DNA of 64,000 nucleotides. Origin: Tepidisphaera sp. (GTDB taxonomy: Bacteria; Planctomycetota; Phycisphaerae; Phycisphaerales; UBA1924). The position numbers and the translations under genes were made by a program. The notes under the pieces were generated by a model. The model ran no database searches and was not told the origin of the DNA. It saw nothing but the letters and a program-made list of their open reading frames with translations. Of this stretch, positions 26,882 through 36,044 are shown piece after piece; within the stretch, counting starts at the first letter, position 1; every line of letters begins with the position of its first letter. The stretch is from contig CP051526.1 in assembly GCA_050916045.1 (NCBI GenBank), positions 320,001-384,000 on the forward strand, written 5' to 3'.

Positions 26882-28929
26882 ATTCGATCGTTTTTGTTTC
26901 GTCGGCGTTCATTGTGGTCGCGTCGCAGGTGGTTCAGCCGGATGTGAGCAATCCGCTTCGTACGCCGCCGGTTCCGGAATACGCGGCGGGCTTTGAGCGG
27001 GGCGAGGCGTACGAGAAGGCGCTGATGGCGTCGCCGACGAAGGAGACGCTTCGGGCGTGGCATGAGCTTCTCGCGTCCGAGCCGCATGTCGCGGGGACCG
27101 AGGGTGATTGGAAGGTGATCGGTTCGATCGAGAACGAGTTCAAGAAGATGGGAGCCGGGCTCGACGGGTGGACGGTCGAGGTGGATGAGTTCTGGGCGTA
27201 CTTGTCGCGGCCGGTGGCGGCGGAGCTTGAGATTGTGGGGCCGGATTCGCTGAAGCTTGAGCTTCGCGAGAAGCCGGTGGCTTTTGATCCGGCGGCGGCG
27301 AAAGCGGCGGGGGAGTTCGCGTACCTCGCGTACAGCGGGTCGGGCGAGGTGACGGGCGAGATCGTGTACGCGAACTACGGGACGAAAGCGGATTTCGCGA
27401 CGCTGAAGAAGCTGGGGGTTGATCTCAAGGGGAAGATCGTGCTTTGCCGGTTCGGCGGGAACTACCGCGGGTACAAGGTGAAGTTCGCGGAGGAAGCGGG
27501 TGCGGCGGGGATGTTGGTGTACACGGACCCGGGTGATGCGGGGTTTGTGAAGGGGGATGTGTATCCGACGGGGACGTGGTCGAACGAGTGCTGCATCCAG
27601 CGCGGGTCGCTGCTTGTGACGGGGTATCAGGGGGATCCGCTGACGCCGGGGATTCCGGCGACGAAGGACGCCAAGCGGCTTGATCCGAAGGATGTGAGCT
27701 TGCCGAAGATCCCGGCGCAGCCGATCGGATACGGAGCGGCGACGGAGATTTTCAGGCGGATGAAGGGGGAGAAGCTCCCGGAGGATTTGAAAGCGTGGGT
27801 CGGGGGGATCCGCGCGGACTATCTGCTCACGGGCGGGCCGGAGCTGAAGGTTCGGCTGAAGGTTGAGCAAAAGCGTGAGCTGGTGCGGACGGCCAACGTG
27901 ATCGCGACGCTTCGCGGGCGCGGTCCGGAGCAAGCGGAGATCGACCGCGAGGTGATCATCGGGTGTCACCACGATGCGTGGAACTGCGGAGCGGCGGACC
28001 CGACGTGCGGGACGATCGCGATGCTGGCGGCGGCGAAAGCGTTCACGGAGCAGGCGAAAGCCGGGACGCGGCCGGTGCGCTCCGTGACGTTCGCGGCGTG
28101 GGGAGCGGAGGAGCACGGGATCATCGGATCCAGCGAATGGGTCGAGAAGCACCGTGAACGCCTCGCGAAGAACGGGGTGGCGTATTTCAATCTGGACATG
28201 GCGAGCATGGGGCCGAACTTTGGGTCCGCGGCATCGCCGGAGCTCAAGACGGTGATCGCGGAGGTGGCGAAGGTGGTGCCGCAGGCGCGGGACGCGGCGA
28301 AGACGGTGTATGAGGATTGGGCGGCGCGTTCGGGTGGTGAGCCGTCGCTTGGTGATCTGGGCGGCGGGTCGGACCATGTCGCGTTTCTGATGCACGCGGG
28401 TGTGCCGTCGGCGTCGATGTCGGCGGGGGGGAGCAAGGGGAACAGCTACCACTCGGCGTACGACACGCTGCCGTGGTATTGGAAGACGGTGGGGGATGAC
28501 TATGAGCCGGCGCTGATGGTGAGCCGCATGACGACGGTGGCGGCGGCACGGCTTGCGGATGCGGCGGTGATCCCGTACGACCTCGCGCGGGTGCGGGCGG
28601 AATTCGCGAAGCACGTCGAGGGGTTCCGCGGGTCGAAGGTGTGGCCGGGGGAGGGCCAGGCGGCGGCGATCGAGGAACTGCTGCAGGTCGTGAGAACGAC
28701 TGCGGTGGACACGGCGATGACGAACGAGGAGCGGGTGCGCGAGACGCGGCGGTTCATGCGTGACGGGGGCGTGCCGGGGCGCCGCTGGTTCAGGAACTGG
28801 TACGTCGCGACGGATGAGAACTCCGGGTACGCGACGTGGGTGCTTCCAGGGTTCCGCAAAGCGGCGGAGGACGAGGACGCGAAGGCGTTCGCGGAAGCGG
28901 CGCGGGTGTACCTTGAGATGTGGCGGTGA
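26878..28929 (+). CDS. M28 family peptidase, glutamate carboxypeptidase II/transferrin-receptor-like with PA domain
   Basis: PHVAGT, YANYG, GDPLTPG, GCHHDAW, GAADP, WGAEEHG, NLD, GSDH, YHSAYDT; overlaps cstA stop. Confidence 0.92.
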   Translation: MNSIVFVSSAFIVVASQVVQPDVSNPLRTPPVPEYAAGFERGEAYEKALMASPTKETLRAWHELLASEPHVAGTEGDWKVIGSIENEFKKMGAGLDGWTVEVDEFWAYLSRPVAAELEIVGPDSLKLELREKPVAFDPAAAKAAGEFAYLAYSGSGEVTGEIVYANYGTKADFATLKKLGVDLKGKIVLCRFGGNYRGYKVKFAEEAGAAGMLVYTDPGDAGFVKGDVYPTGTWSNECCIQRGSLLVTGYQGDPLTPGIPATKDAKRLDPKDVSLPKIPAQPIGYGAATEIFRRMKGEKLPEDLKAWVGGIRADYLLTGGPELKVRLKVEQKRELVRTANVIATLRGRGPEQAEIDREVIIGCHHDAWNCGAADPTCGTIAMLAAAKAFTEQAKAGTRPVRSVTFAAWGAEEHGIIGSSEWVEKHRERLAKNGVAYFNLDMASMGPNFGSAASPELKTVIAEVAKVVPQARDAAKTVYEDWAARSGGEPSLGDLGGGSDHVAFLMHAGVPSASMSAGGSKGNSYHSAYDTLPWYWKTVGDDYEPALMVSRMTTVAAARLADAAVIPYDLARVRAEFAKHVEGFRGSKVWPGEGQAAAIEELLQVVRTTAVDTAMTNEERVRETRRFMRDGGVPGRRWFRNWYVATDENSGYATWVLPGFRKAAEDEDAKAFAEAARVYLEMWR

Positions 28930-28963
28930 TGGGGAACGAGCGACCGCTCGCGCGGTCGTCTCT

Positions 28964-30583
28964 TTAGTGGCGGAAGTGGCGGACACCGGTCAGAAGGCAC
29001 GTCACGCCGCGCTGGTTGCAGAGGTCGAAGGTCTCCTGATCGCGCTTGCTGCCACCCGGGTGCAGGATCGTCTTGACGCCGGCGTCGATCAGGATCTTGG
29101 GGCCGTCGGGGAAGGGGAAGAAAGCATCGGAGTACGCGACGGAGCCCGAAGCGAGCGGGCCGGCTTTCTCGCAGGCCAAGCGGCAACTGGTGAGGCGGTC
29201 CATCTGGCCCGCGCCGGCGCCGAAGAGGCGGACGCCGCCGGATTCGGAGGCGCCGCCGAGGCAGACGGCGTTGGAGAGAAGCGAGCGGCAGACGGCTTCG
29301 AGGAATGAAGCGGCGGCGAGGGCTCGCGGGGTCGGAGCCGGGCCGGCTTTGTGGTCGTAGGCGGAGGTCGGGACGAGCTTGGTGTCGCGTTCCTGGGCGA
29401 GCCAGCCGCCGCCGGGGCCGGGGAGGGATCGCCATTCCATTTCGCTTGCGGCAAGCGGGGCGAGGGGGCCGGTTTCGAGGAGTCGGAGGTTCATCCAGCG
29501 GGCGCGGAGGGTTTCGACGGCGGCGGCTTCGAACGCCGGCGCGATGATGACCTCCATGAAGATGTCCTTCTCGCAGAGGCGCTGGGCCGCGGGGAGGTCG
29601 AGGGGCTTGTTGATGGCGAGGATGCCGCCGAACGCCGCGATGGGGTCGCCGGCGATGGCTTCGCGGACGGCTTCGAGGGGGGAAGCGGCGAGTGCCGCGC
29701 CGCAGGGGTTCATGTGCTTGACGACGCAGGCTCCGACACGAGCTGGGTCGATCTGGGCGAGCTGGCGGACGAGTTCGAGTGCGGAAGCGGCATCGTTGAT
29801 GTTGTTGTACGAGAGCTCTTTGCCGTGGAGCTTGCGGGCGGTGGCGAGGGAGCCGAGGCGGTCGCCGGAGGCGCTGCGCGAACGGTAAAACCCGGCTTGC
29901 TGGTGCGGGTTTTCGCCGTAGCGGAGGGCTTCGACGAGCTGGAGCGAGTGGGTGGCGACGGGGGGCACGGAGCCGGCGGGGGCTTCGGCGGCGGAGAGGT
30001 AGGCGGTGATGGCGCCGTCGTAGGCGCTGGTGCGGGCGTAGGCCGCGGCGGCGAGCGTCTTGCGGAGGGCGAGGGTGGTTGCGCCCTTGTGGTCGCGGAG
30101 CTGGGCGATGACTTCGTCGTACTGGGCGGGGTCGGTGATGACGGTGACGAAGTGGTGGTTTTTGGCGGCGGAGCGGATCATGCTGGGGCCGCCGATGTCG
30201 ATGTTCTCGATGGCTTCTTCGCGGCTGGCGCCGGGCTTGGCGATGGTGGCTTCGAAGGGGTAGAGGTTGACGCAGACGAGGTCGATGGGCGCGATCTCGT
30301 GCTTGGTCATCGCGGCGAGGTGCTCGGGGTTGTCGCGGACGGCGAGGAGGCCGCCGTGGACCTTGGGGTGGAGGGTCTTGACGCGGCCGTCCATGATCTC
30401 GGGGAAGCCGGTGACGGCGTCGATGGAGGTGACGGGGATGCCAGCTTTGGCGATGGCGGAAGCGGTGCCGCCGGTGGAGATGATCTCGACACCGTGCTCG
30501 GCGAGAGCTTTGGCGAGGTCGATGAGCTTGGCTTTGTCGGAGACGGAGATGAGGGCGCGGCGGACGTTGACGAGGTCGGTCAT
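28964..30583 (-). CDS. purH: Bifunctional AICAR formyltransferase/IMP cyclohydrolase
   Basis: ALISVSDK, GRVKTLHP, IDIGGPSM, LRYGENPHQ, SDAFFPFPD, TGVRHFRH. Confidence 0.98.
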   Translation of the reverse strand: MTDLVNVRRALISVSDKAKLIDLAKALAEHGVEIISTGGTASAIAKAGIPVTSIDAVTGFPEIMDGRVKTLHPKVHGGLLAVRDNPEHLAAMTKHEIAPIDLVCVNLYPFEATIAKPGASREEAIENIDIGGPSMIRSAAKNHHFVTVITDPAQYDEVIAQLRDHKGATTLALRKTLAAAAYARTSAYDGAITAYLSAAEAPAGSVPPVATHSLQLVEALRYGENPHQQAGFYRSRSASGDRLGSLATARKLHGKELSYNNINDAASALELVRQLAQIDPARVGACVVKHMNPCGAALAASPLEAVREAIAGDPIAAFGGILAINKPLDLPAAQRLCEKDIFMEVIIAPAFEAAAVETLRARWMNLRLLETGPLAPLAASEMEWRSLPGPGGGWLAQERDTKLVPTSAYDHKAGPAPTPRALAAASFLEAVCRSLLSNAVCLGGASESGGVRLFGAGAGQMDRLTSCRLACEKAGPLASGSVAYSDAFFPFPDGPKILIDAGVKTILHPGGSKRDQETFDLCNQRGVTCLLTGVRHFRH

Positions 30584-30655
30584 GGGCTCAGGGTAGAGCC
30601 GATGGCCGACCTCGTCAGCGGGGAATTGGTTTGCTTCGCAGCAACGCCCGAGGCT

Positions 30656-31855
30656 TTACTGCCGCGGGGGTTGAAAGGTGATGCACTGGGAGGGGGAGTT
30701 GTCGTCGAGGATGGGTGAGTTGTAGCCGATCAGCACCGCGTCGGCGGTGCTGCCGCCGGGGCCCTGGATCCCGAACGTCGCGGAACCGCCGCGGAGGAGG
30801 ATGCACCCGGTCAGGCCGGTGTAGCGGACCTTGATGAGGTTCGAGCTTTCGTGGATCGAAAGCATGATGTTGACGGGGGAGTTTCCGCACGCGTTGGTGT
30901 GGAACCGCGTGCGGAAGTACATGTTGAACACGCGTCCGGGAGCGGTGCCGAAGGTGGCGTATTCGATGAACTCGGTGATGCCGAAGTCCTCGAGGTCATC
31001 CCAGAAGAACGCCACCATCGGGTCGGTGGTCCCGAAGAATGGAAGGCCCGTGTTTGAGAACGCGGTGCTGCATCGGTCCCCGAAGAACAGGAGGCCGTTG
31101 CTCGAGACATTGATCGTCGTGTAGGAACGCCCCCAGCCGGTGAAGGTGAAGCCGAGGGGGATGATCCCGGAGCAATTGTCATCACCGAGCGTTTCAACGC
31201 GAGCCCACCCCGAGCGGTCGTCCTGGCTGAACTGGGCGTCGATCGACACGGTGATGCCGCTGGGGCCGGCGGGGCCGCGCGGGCCTACCGGACCTTGCGG
31301 GCCGTCGGCTCCGGGGGCGCCCATTGGTCCAGGCGGTCCCTGGTCGCCCTGACGACCGTTGATGCCCGGCGGGCCTTGCAGTCCTTGGGCGCCTTGCGGG
31401 CCGCGCGGGCCCTCGGGCCCTTGGGGACCTTCCGGCCCTGCGGGGCCGGGTTCACCCTGCGGCCCTTGCGGGCCGGGGTTGAGCGCGTGGAGGGCGTAGG
31501 GGGTCGCGGTGAGCGGCTGGCGGGGAGCGAGGGTCGTGAAGGGCGGGCCCACCGACGAACTCACATCGATCTCGATCCAGCGGGCTTGGCCGGTGAAAGC
31601 CGATCCGAAATCAAGCTGGACCGAGAAGCGGCCGTTCACGATGGGCAGGCTGCCCGCGAGGAGCGTCGGCCCGACCTGGGACCCGCCCGAGGCGGCGTCG
31701 TACAGGCGGAACCGGATGTCCCGGACTCCGTCGACCGGACGGGAAGAGTCGCGAAGCTCGCCCTGGTACGTGAACGCGGTCGAGACCGGTTCGGCGAGGG
31801 CGGGGGTGACGATGGCGGCGAGGGGCAGAAGTGCCCAGATCGGACGGATGGCCAT
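30656..31855 (-). CDS. Secreted collagen-like protein
   Basis: Signal peptide; FTYQGEL N-domain; 24 uninterrupted Gly-X-Y triplets (31259..31474); C-domain LGFTFT...VSSNGLLFF...AFFWDDL. Confidence 0.88.
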   Translation of the reverse strand: MAIRPIWALLPLAAIVTPALAEPVSTAFTYQGELRDSSRPVDGVRDIRFRLYDAASGGSQVGPTLLAGSLPIVNGRFSVQLDFGSAFTGQARWIEIDVSSSVGPPFTTLAPRQPLTATPYALHALNPGPQGPQGEPGPAGPEGPQGPEGPRGPQGAQGLQGPPGINGRQGDQGPPGPMGAPGADGPQGPVGPRGPAGPSGITVSIDAQFSQDDRSGWARVETLGDDNCSGIIPLGFTFTGWGRSYTTINVSSNGLLFFGDRCSTAFSNTGLPFFGTTDPMVAFFWDDLEDFGITEFIEYATFGTAPGRVFNMYFRTRFHTNACGNSPVNIMLSIHESSNLIKVRYTGLTGCILLRGGSATFGIQGPGGSTADAVLIGYNSPILDDNSPSQCITFQPPRQ

Positions 31856-32139
31856 ACAAGTTCTCCTCGGAGGATGATGGTGCTTTTCGATGGGAGCCTT
31901 GGCTTGCTGGAGTCGTGGCTTTCATGGGGAGAGGCGACGGATCGCGCCGCGGACTGCCAAGATTCCGGAACCCGAAGCGGCAGGCGTCGGGTTGTCGGCG
32001 ACTGGACCGCATCTCCGCGGCTTCGGGCGTGGTAAAGGGATGGGTCGCGGCGGGATTGGATGGAAGATGTACGGGATTGCCTTGGTCCGGGGCGAAAGCC
32101 GGTGTCGGTCGGGGCCCGGCGCGACGGGCGGAGAAGTGC

Positions 32140-33651
32140 ATGACGACGCAGATCTTTCTTTGGCTTGTGGCGGCGATCCTGGTCGGGGTCGTGCTTGTGG
32201 CTTTGGGCTGGCGAGGGCGGCGGGTCAACAGCCGGCCGTGCTGCAAGCAGTGCGGGTTTGATCTGACGGGCGTGATCGAGACGGGGACGACTTGCCCCGA
32301 GTGCGGGTCGGGGATCAAGCTCGAGAAGTTCGTGCGGGTGGGGCAGCGGAAGCGGATCTATCCGCTGGTGGCGCTGGGGTTGCCGCTTGTGGTGCTGCCG
32401 CTGATCCCGCTTGCGGTGGTGCTTTTCGCGACCGTGACCCGGTCGGACCTTGCGAAGTACAAGCCGGTGACGCTGCTGCTTTGGGAAGCACGGAACTTGG
32501 AGCGGGCGGACGCCGCGAAAGCCGTGGCGGAGCTTCTCTCTCGGCAGCGGGGCGGATCGCTCGGCGATGCCGAGTACAAGCAGATGCTTGAGACGATGGT
32601 CGCGGCGCAGCGCGATGCTGCCAGGCCGTGGGTGGGCGAGTGGGGGGATGTTGCTTTCCAAGCCCGGATGGACGGCCGGATGGACAAAGCGGCGGTGGAG
32701 GAGTTCAACGCGGGCGCCGCGGTGCTTCGCTGGGCGTGCCGGCCGGTCGTGCGGGCGGGCGCGGATGTTCCGATCGTGGGAACGCTCGTGGACAGACGCC
32801 TGATGGCTTCGGTGAGCGTGAAGTCGTGGCACCGCGTGGAGAGCGTGAAGCTTGCAGGGCGCCCTCTTCGCAAACCGAACTCGGAGATTCCGCAGGACCC
32901 GCAGTCGGTGCTTGCGATCGGCGATGGAGATCCGGTCGCGGAGATGGGTGAGACGGACGACGGCGTGGTGCATGACGCGGTGGCGATCCCGGCTGATCTT
33001 GCTCCGGGGGAGTACGAGCTTGAGATCACGGTGGCTTCGGCGGCGGGCGTGTACGACCGGAGCACGTTCTTCGAGTCGGGCGTGAAGCCGGAGACGCGCG
33101 AGGTGCGATCGACGCTTCGCTTTCCGGTGCGGGTCGTTCCCGCGGAAGAGCGCGTCGTGACGCTTCTGCCGGACACGACGGAGGCCTCGGCGCAGCTGGC
33201 CAAGCAGCTTGATTTCGCCGCTCGGGCGTCGAATGAATGGCACGACAGCCGGTTTGAGTTCACGTTCAGCCTGGCGGCGAGCGGCAAGCCGCTGGCCCAC
33301 CGGGCGTGGTTCAAGGTCGGGGAGGAGAGGTTCTACCTCGGGCCGGTCACCACGGGGCACGGCCTCAAGCCACCGGAAGAGGATGCGGACTTTGTGATCA
33401 CGCGTCCGGATTCGGCTGGCCGAAGCTCGCTTCTGGTGAAGTACCGGATCGGGATGGTGGAGGATGAGGGCACGCTGATTCTCGAGCCCGCGCCGGATCT
33501 GGCCGAGTTGACGACGGACCTCACGGAGATCTACGGCGGGAGGATCGAGATGCGGAGCGTGCAACTTTCGGAAACGGCCGACGGCGGCGTGGTCGCGTTC
33601 GCGCACCGGTCTGCGGCGGAGGCCAAGCCGCAAGCGGAGAGCGACAAGTAG
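32140..33651 (+). CDS. Membrane-anchored protein with zinc ribbon and large soluble domain
   Basis: TM, CKQCGFDLTG...TCPECG, second TM; SD GGAG. Confidence 0.75.
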   Translation: MTTQIFLWLVAAILVGVVLVALGWRGRRVNSRPCCKQCGFDLTGVIETGTTCPECGSGIKLEKFVRVGQRKRIYPLVALGLPLVVLPLIPLAVVLFATVTRSDLAKYKPVTLLLWEARNLERADAAKAVAELLSRQRGGSLGDAEYKQMLETMVAAQRDAARPWVGEWGDVAFQARMDGRMDKAAVEEFNAGAAVLRWACRPVVRAGADVPIVGTLVDRRLMASVSVKSWHRVESVKLAGRPLRKPNSEIPQDPQSVLAIGDGDPVAEMGETDDGVVHDAVAIPADLAPGEYELEITVASAAGVYDRSTFFESGVKPETREVRSTLRFPVRVVPAEERVVTLLPDTTEASAQLAKQLDFAARASNEWHDSRFEFTFSLAASGKPLAHRAWFKVGEERFYLGPVTTGHGLKPPEEDADFVITRPDSAGRSSLLVKYRIGMVEDEGTLILEPAPDLAELTTDLTEIYGGRIEMRSVQLSETADGGVVAFAHRSAAEAKPQAESDK

Positions 33652-33666
33652 AAGTCTGGGCCTTTG

Positions 33667-34887
33667 TTAGCTGCCGGTCGCGGTCGACTTGGTGATGGAC
33701 TCGATCCAGCCTCCGCCGAGAACGCGGTCGCCGGAATAGAGCACGATCGCCTGGCCGGGGGCGACTGCTTGCTGGGGCGCGGCGAAGCGGACTTCGAATC
33801 GGCCGACGCGGCCGCTGGGTGAGGGCTGGCTTGAGTCTGAGAGCGGCGCCACGGTGGCGGGCACGGCGGGCGTGTTGTACCGGTACTTGGCGGTGATGTC
33901 GGGGAAGTCGGCGATGGTGGCGGGATCGACGAGCCAGTTGGCTTCGGCGGCGGTGCAGGAGACGACTTCGAGGTCAGCTTTGGATCCGACGATGACGACG
34001 TTGGTCCGCGAGTCCTTGCCGACGACGTAGACGGGGTAGCCGAGAGCGACGTTGACGCCGCGGCGCTGGCCGAGGGTGAAGCGGTGCTGGCCCTGATGCT
34101 CGCCGACCTTCTTGCCCGCGGTGTCGACGATCGCGCCGGGCTTGGCGGTGTCGGAGCGGAGGCGTTCGACGAGGGAGGCGTAGTCCTGGTCGGGGACGAA
34201 GCAGATCTCCTGGCTGTCGGGCTTGTCAAAGACGGGAAGGCCAAACTTGGCGGCCAAGGCGCGGACCTCGGTCTTAGGGAGATCGCCGATGGGGAACATC
34301 ATGTGGGAGAGACGTTCGCGCGGTGCGCCGAAGAGGACGTAGGACTGGTCCTTGGAGTGATCGAGGCCGCGGTGGAGAGCGTGTCGGCGGTCCGGGCCTG
34401 GGTGGATTCGGGCGTAGTGGCCGCTTGCGACAAAGTCGGCACCGATCTGGAGGGCGTACTCGTGGAGCTTTCCGAACTTGAGCCAGTCGTTGCAGCGGAC
34501 GCAGGGGTTGGGGGTGCGGCCTTCGGCGTACTCGTCGGCGAAGTAGGTGATGATGCGGCCGAAGTCTTTCTTGAAGTTGCAGACGTAGAAGGGGATGTCG
34601 AGTTCGGCGGCGACGAGGCGAGCGTCGGCGGCGTCGTTGATGGAGCAGCAGCCCTGGTGGCCGATCTTGACGGGTTTGGGGGCCCGGTCAGTGCGGTCGA
34701 TCTCGCATGCGGCCTGGTCGAGCGGCTTGAGCTCATCGAGGGTCTCGCCGGGGGAGCCCAGGCGCATGAAGCATCCGACGACGTCGTATCCCTGCTGCTT
34801 GAGGAGGGCGGCGGCGACGGAGGAATCCACGCCGCCGGACATGGCGACGAGGACCTTCGGCTTGGACGAGTCAGACCCCGGGGGCAT
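33667..34887 (-). CDS. mnmA: tRNA-specific 2-thiouridylase
   Basis: AMSGGVDSS, GRTPNPCVRCN, SGHYAR, KDQSY, KPDSQEICF, TLGQRRG, PGQ. Confidence 0.98.
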   Translation of the reverse strand: MPPGSDSSKPKVLVAMSGGVDSSVAAALLKQQGYDVVGCFMRLGSPGETLDELKPLDQAACEIDRTDRAPKPVKIGHQGCCSINDAADARLVAAELDIPFYVCNFKKDFGRIITYFADEYAEGRTPNPCVRCNDWLKFGKLHEYALQIGADFVASGHYARIHPGPDRRHALHRGLDHSKDQSYVLFGAPRERLSHMMFPIGDLPKTEVRALAAKFGLPVFDKPDSQEICFVPDQDYASLVERLRSDTAKPGAIVDTAGKKVGEHQGQHRFTLGQRRGVNVALGYPVYVVGKDSRTNVVIVGSKADLEVVSCTAAEANWLVDPATIADFPDITAKYRYNTPAVPATVAPLSDSSQPSPSGRVGRFEVRFAAPQQAVAPGQAIVLYSGDRVLGGGWIESITKSTATGS

Positions 34888-34902
34888 CCCGAATCGTAGG
34901 GG

Positions 34903-35418
34903 TCAGCGGTTCGGACGCAGGTCCAGCGAGATCGAGACGTCATCCGGCCCGAGCACCGTGACTTCGCCGTTTACGGCGTCGATGCCGGAGACGATCCACC
35001 CTTCGCCGAGGTCATCGCCGACGCGACGGACTTTGCCGTCGATGATCGCGAAGGACTGGCGCGTTCCGCCGGCGATGGAGGAGAGCGAGAACTCGGGCAG
35101 AGGCTTGCGGGCCGTCTCGGGGGTCGTCATCACGATCTTGGTGAGAGCGCGGGGGACACGGCTGACGAAGGGGCTGTCACCCACGGGAGTTTCACGGAGA
35201 TTGTCGATCTCTTCGAGCACCTTGGTGGTGTCAAGTCGAACCAGCGGTGACGGGGTGTCCTCGCGGCTTTCGCGGGTTTGCTTGGCGGGTTTGGGGGTGG
35301 CGGCGGAGGCACCGCGGGGTCCGGCGGCGGGGAGGACGGAGCGGGCGACCACGACCGCGCCGGTGGGGATGGCGATGCAGGCGAGCGTCAGCCATTTGGA
35401 GAAAGCGGGCGTGCTCAT
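34903..35418 (-). CDS. Pilus/T2SS accessory protein (MshK/PilP/GspB-like)
   Basis: N-terminal TM, SPF motif, LSSI...AIIDGKVRRVGD; last gene of the pilus cluster. Confidence 0.6.
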   Translation of the reverse strand: MSTPAFSKWLTLACIAIPTGAVVVARSVLPAAGPRGASAATPKPAKQTRESREDTPSPLVRLDTTKVLEEIDNLRETPVGDSPFVSRVPRALTKIVMTTPETARKPLPEFSLSSIAGGTRQSFAIIDGKVRRVGDDLGEGWIVSGIDAVNGEVTVLGPDDVSISLDLRPNR

Positions 35419-36044
35419 GGGGTCTCCATGGGTTCGGACTCGGGCTCGGGTTGGGACTCCGCGTCGGAGCGTTTGGGTTTGTCGGTGGCGGAAGCGGTGA
35501 AGTGGGCGGTTGAGATCTGGGCGACGACCTGGGTGCCGTCCTCGGTCTGGCCCGCGAGGGGCTGGACGCGGACGGTGCTGATCTTGGAGAGTCCAAAGTC
35601 GCGTTCGACGCGGGTCAGGAAGGAGACGACCGCTTCGAACTCGCCGGAGACTTCGATGTCGAGCTGCGTGGGTTCGGCCTGGAAGCCGGCTTTCTTGGTG
35701 AGGTCGATAGGTCTTCGGGAAGTGGAGGAAGGCTCGAGGCGTTCGACGCGGACTTTGGCGGCTTTGCCTGCTTCCTGGAGGGCGTCGTAGATGAGGTCGG
35801 GGCCGGGAGTATCGGCGATGATGGCCCGGGCGCGTGCGATGCGAGCTTCGAGATTGCCAATGAGCTGTTGATGGTTGTCGGCGAGGGTGGGCGCGCCGGC
35901 GAGGGCGACCTGCTGAAGCGAGGCTTTGGCTTTCAGGCCGGCGAGCTCGTCGGACACGGAGCGAACGGCGAGGAACCAAGCGGCGACGGAGACGGCACCG
36001 AGGCCGGCGGCGACGCAGAGGGTCTGTTTGAGGATGGTGCTCAC
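35415..36044 (-). CDS. PilO/GspM-like alignment protein
   Basis: N-terminal TM, coiled coil, IEVSGEFEAVVSFLTRVE. Confidence 0.75.
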   Translation of the reverse strand: MSTILKQTLCVAAGLGAVSVAAWFLAVRSVSDELAGLKAKASLQQVALAGAPTLADNHQQLIGNLEARIARARAIIADTPGPDLIYDALQEAGKAAKVRVERLEPSSTSRRPIDLTKKAGFQAEPTQLDIEVSGEFEAVVSFLTRVERDFGLSKISTVRVQPLAGQTEDGTQVVAQISTAHFTASATDKPKRSDAESQPEPESEPMETP

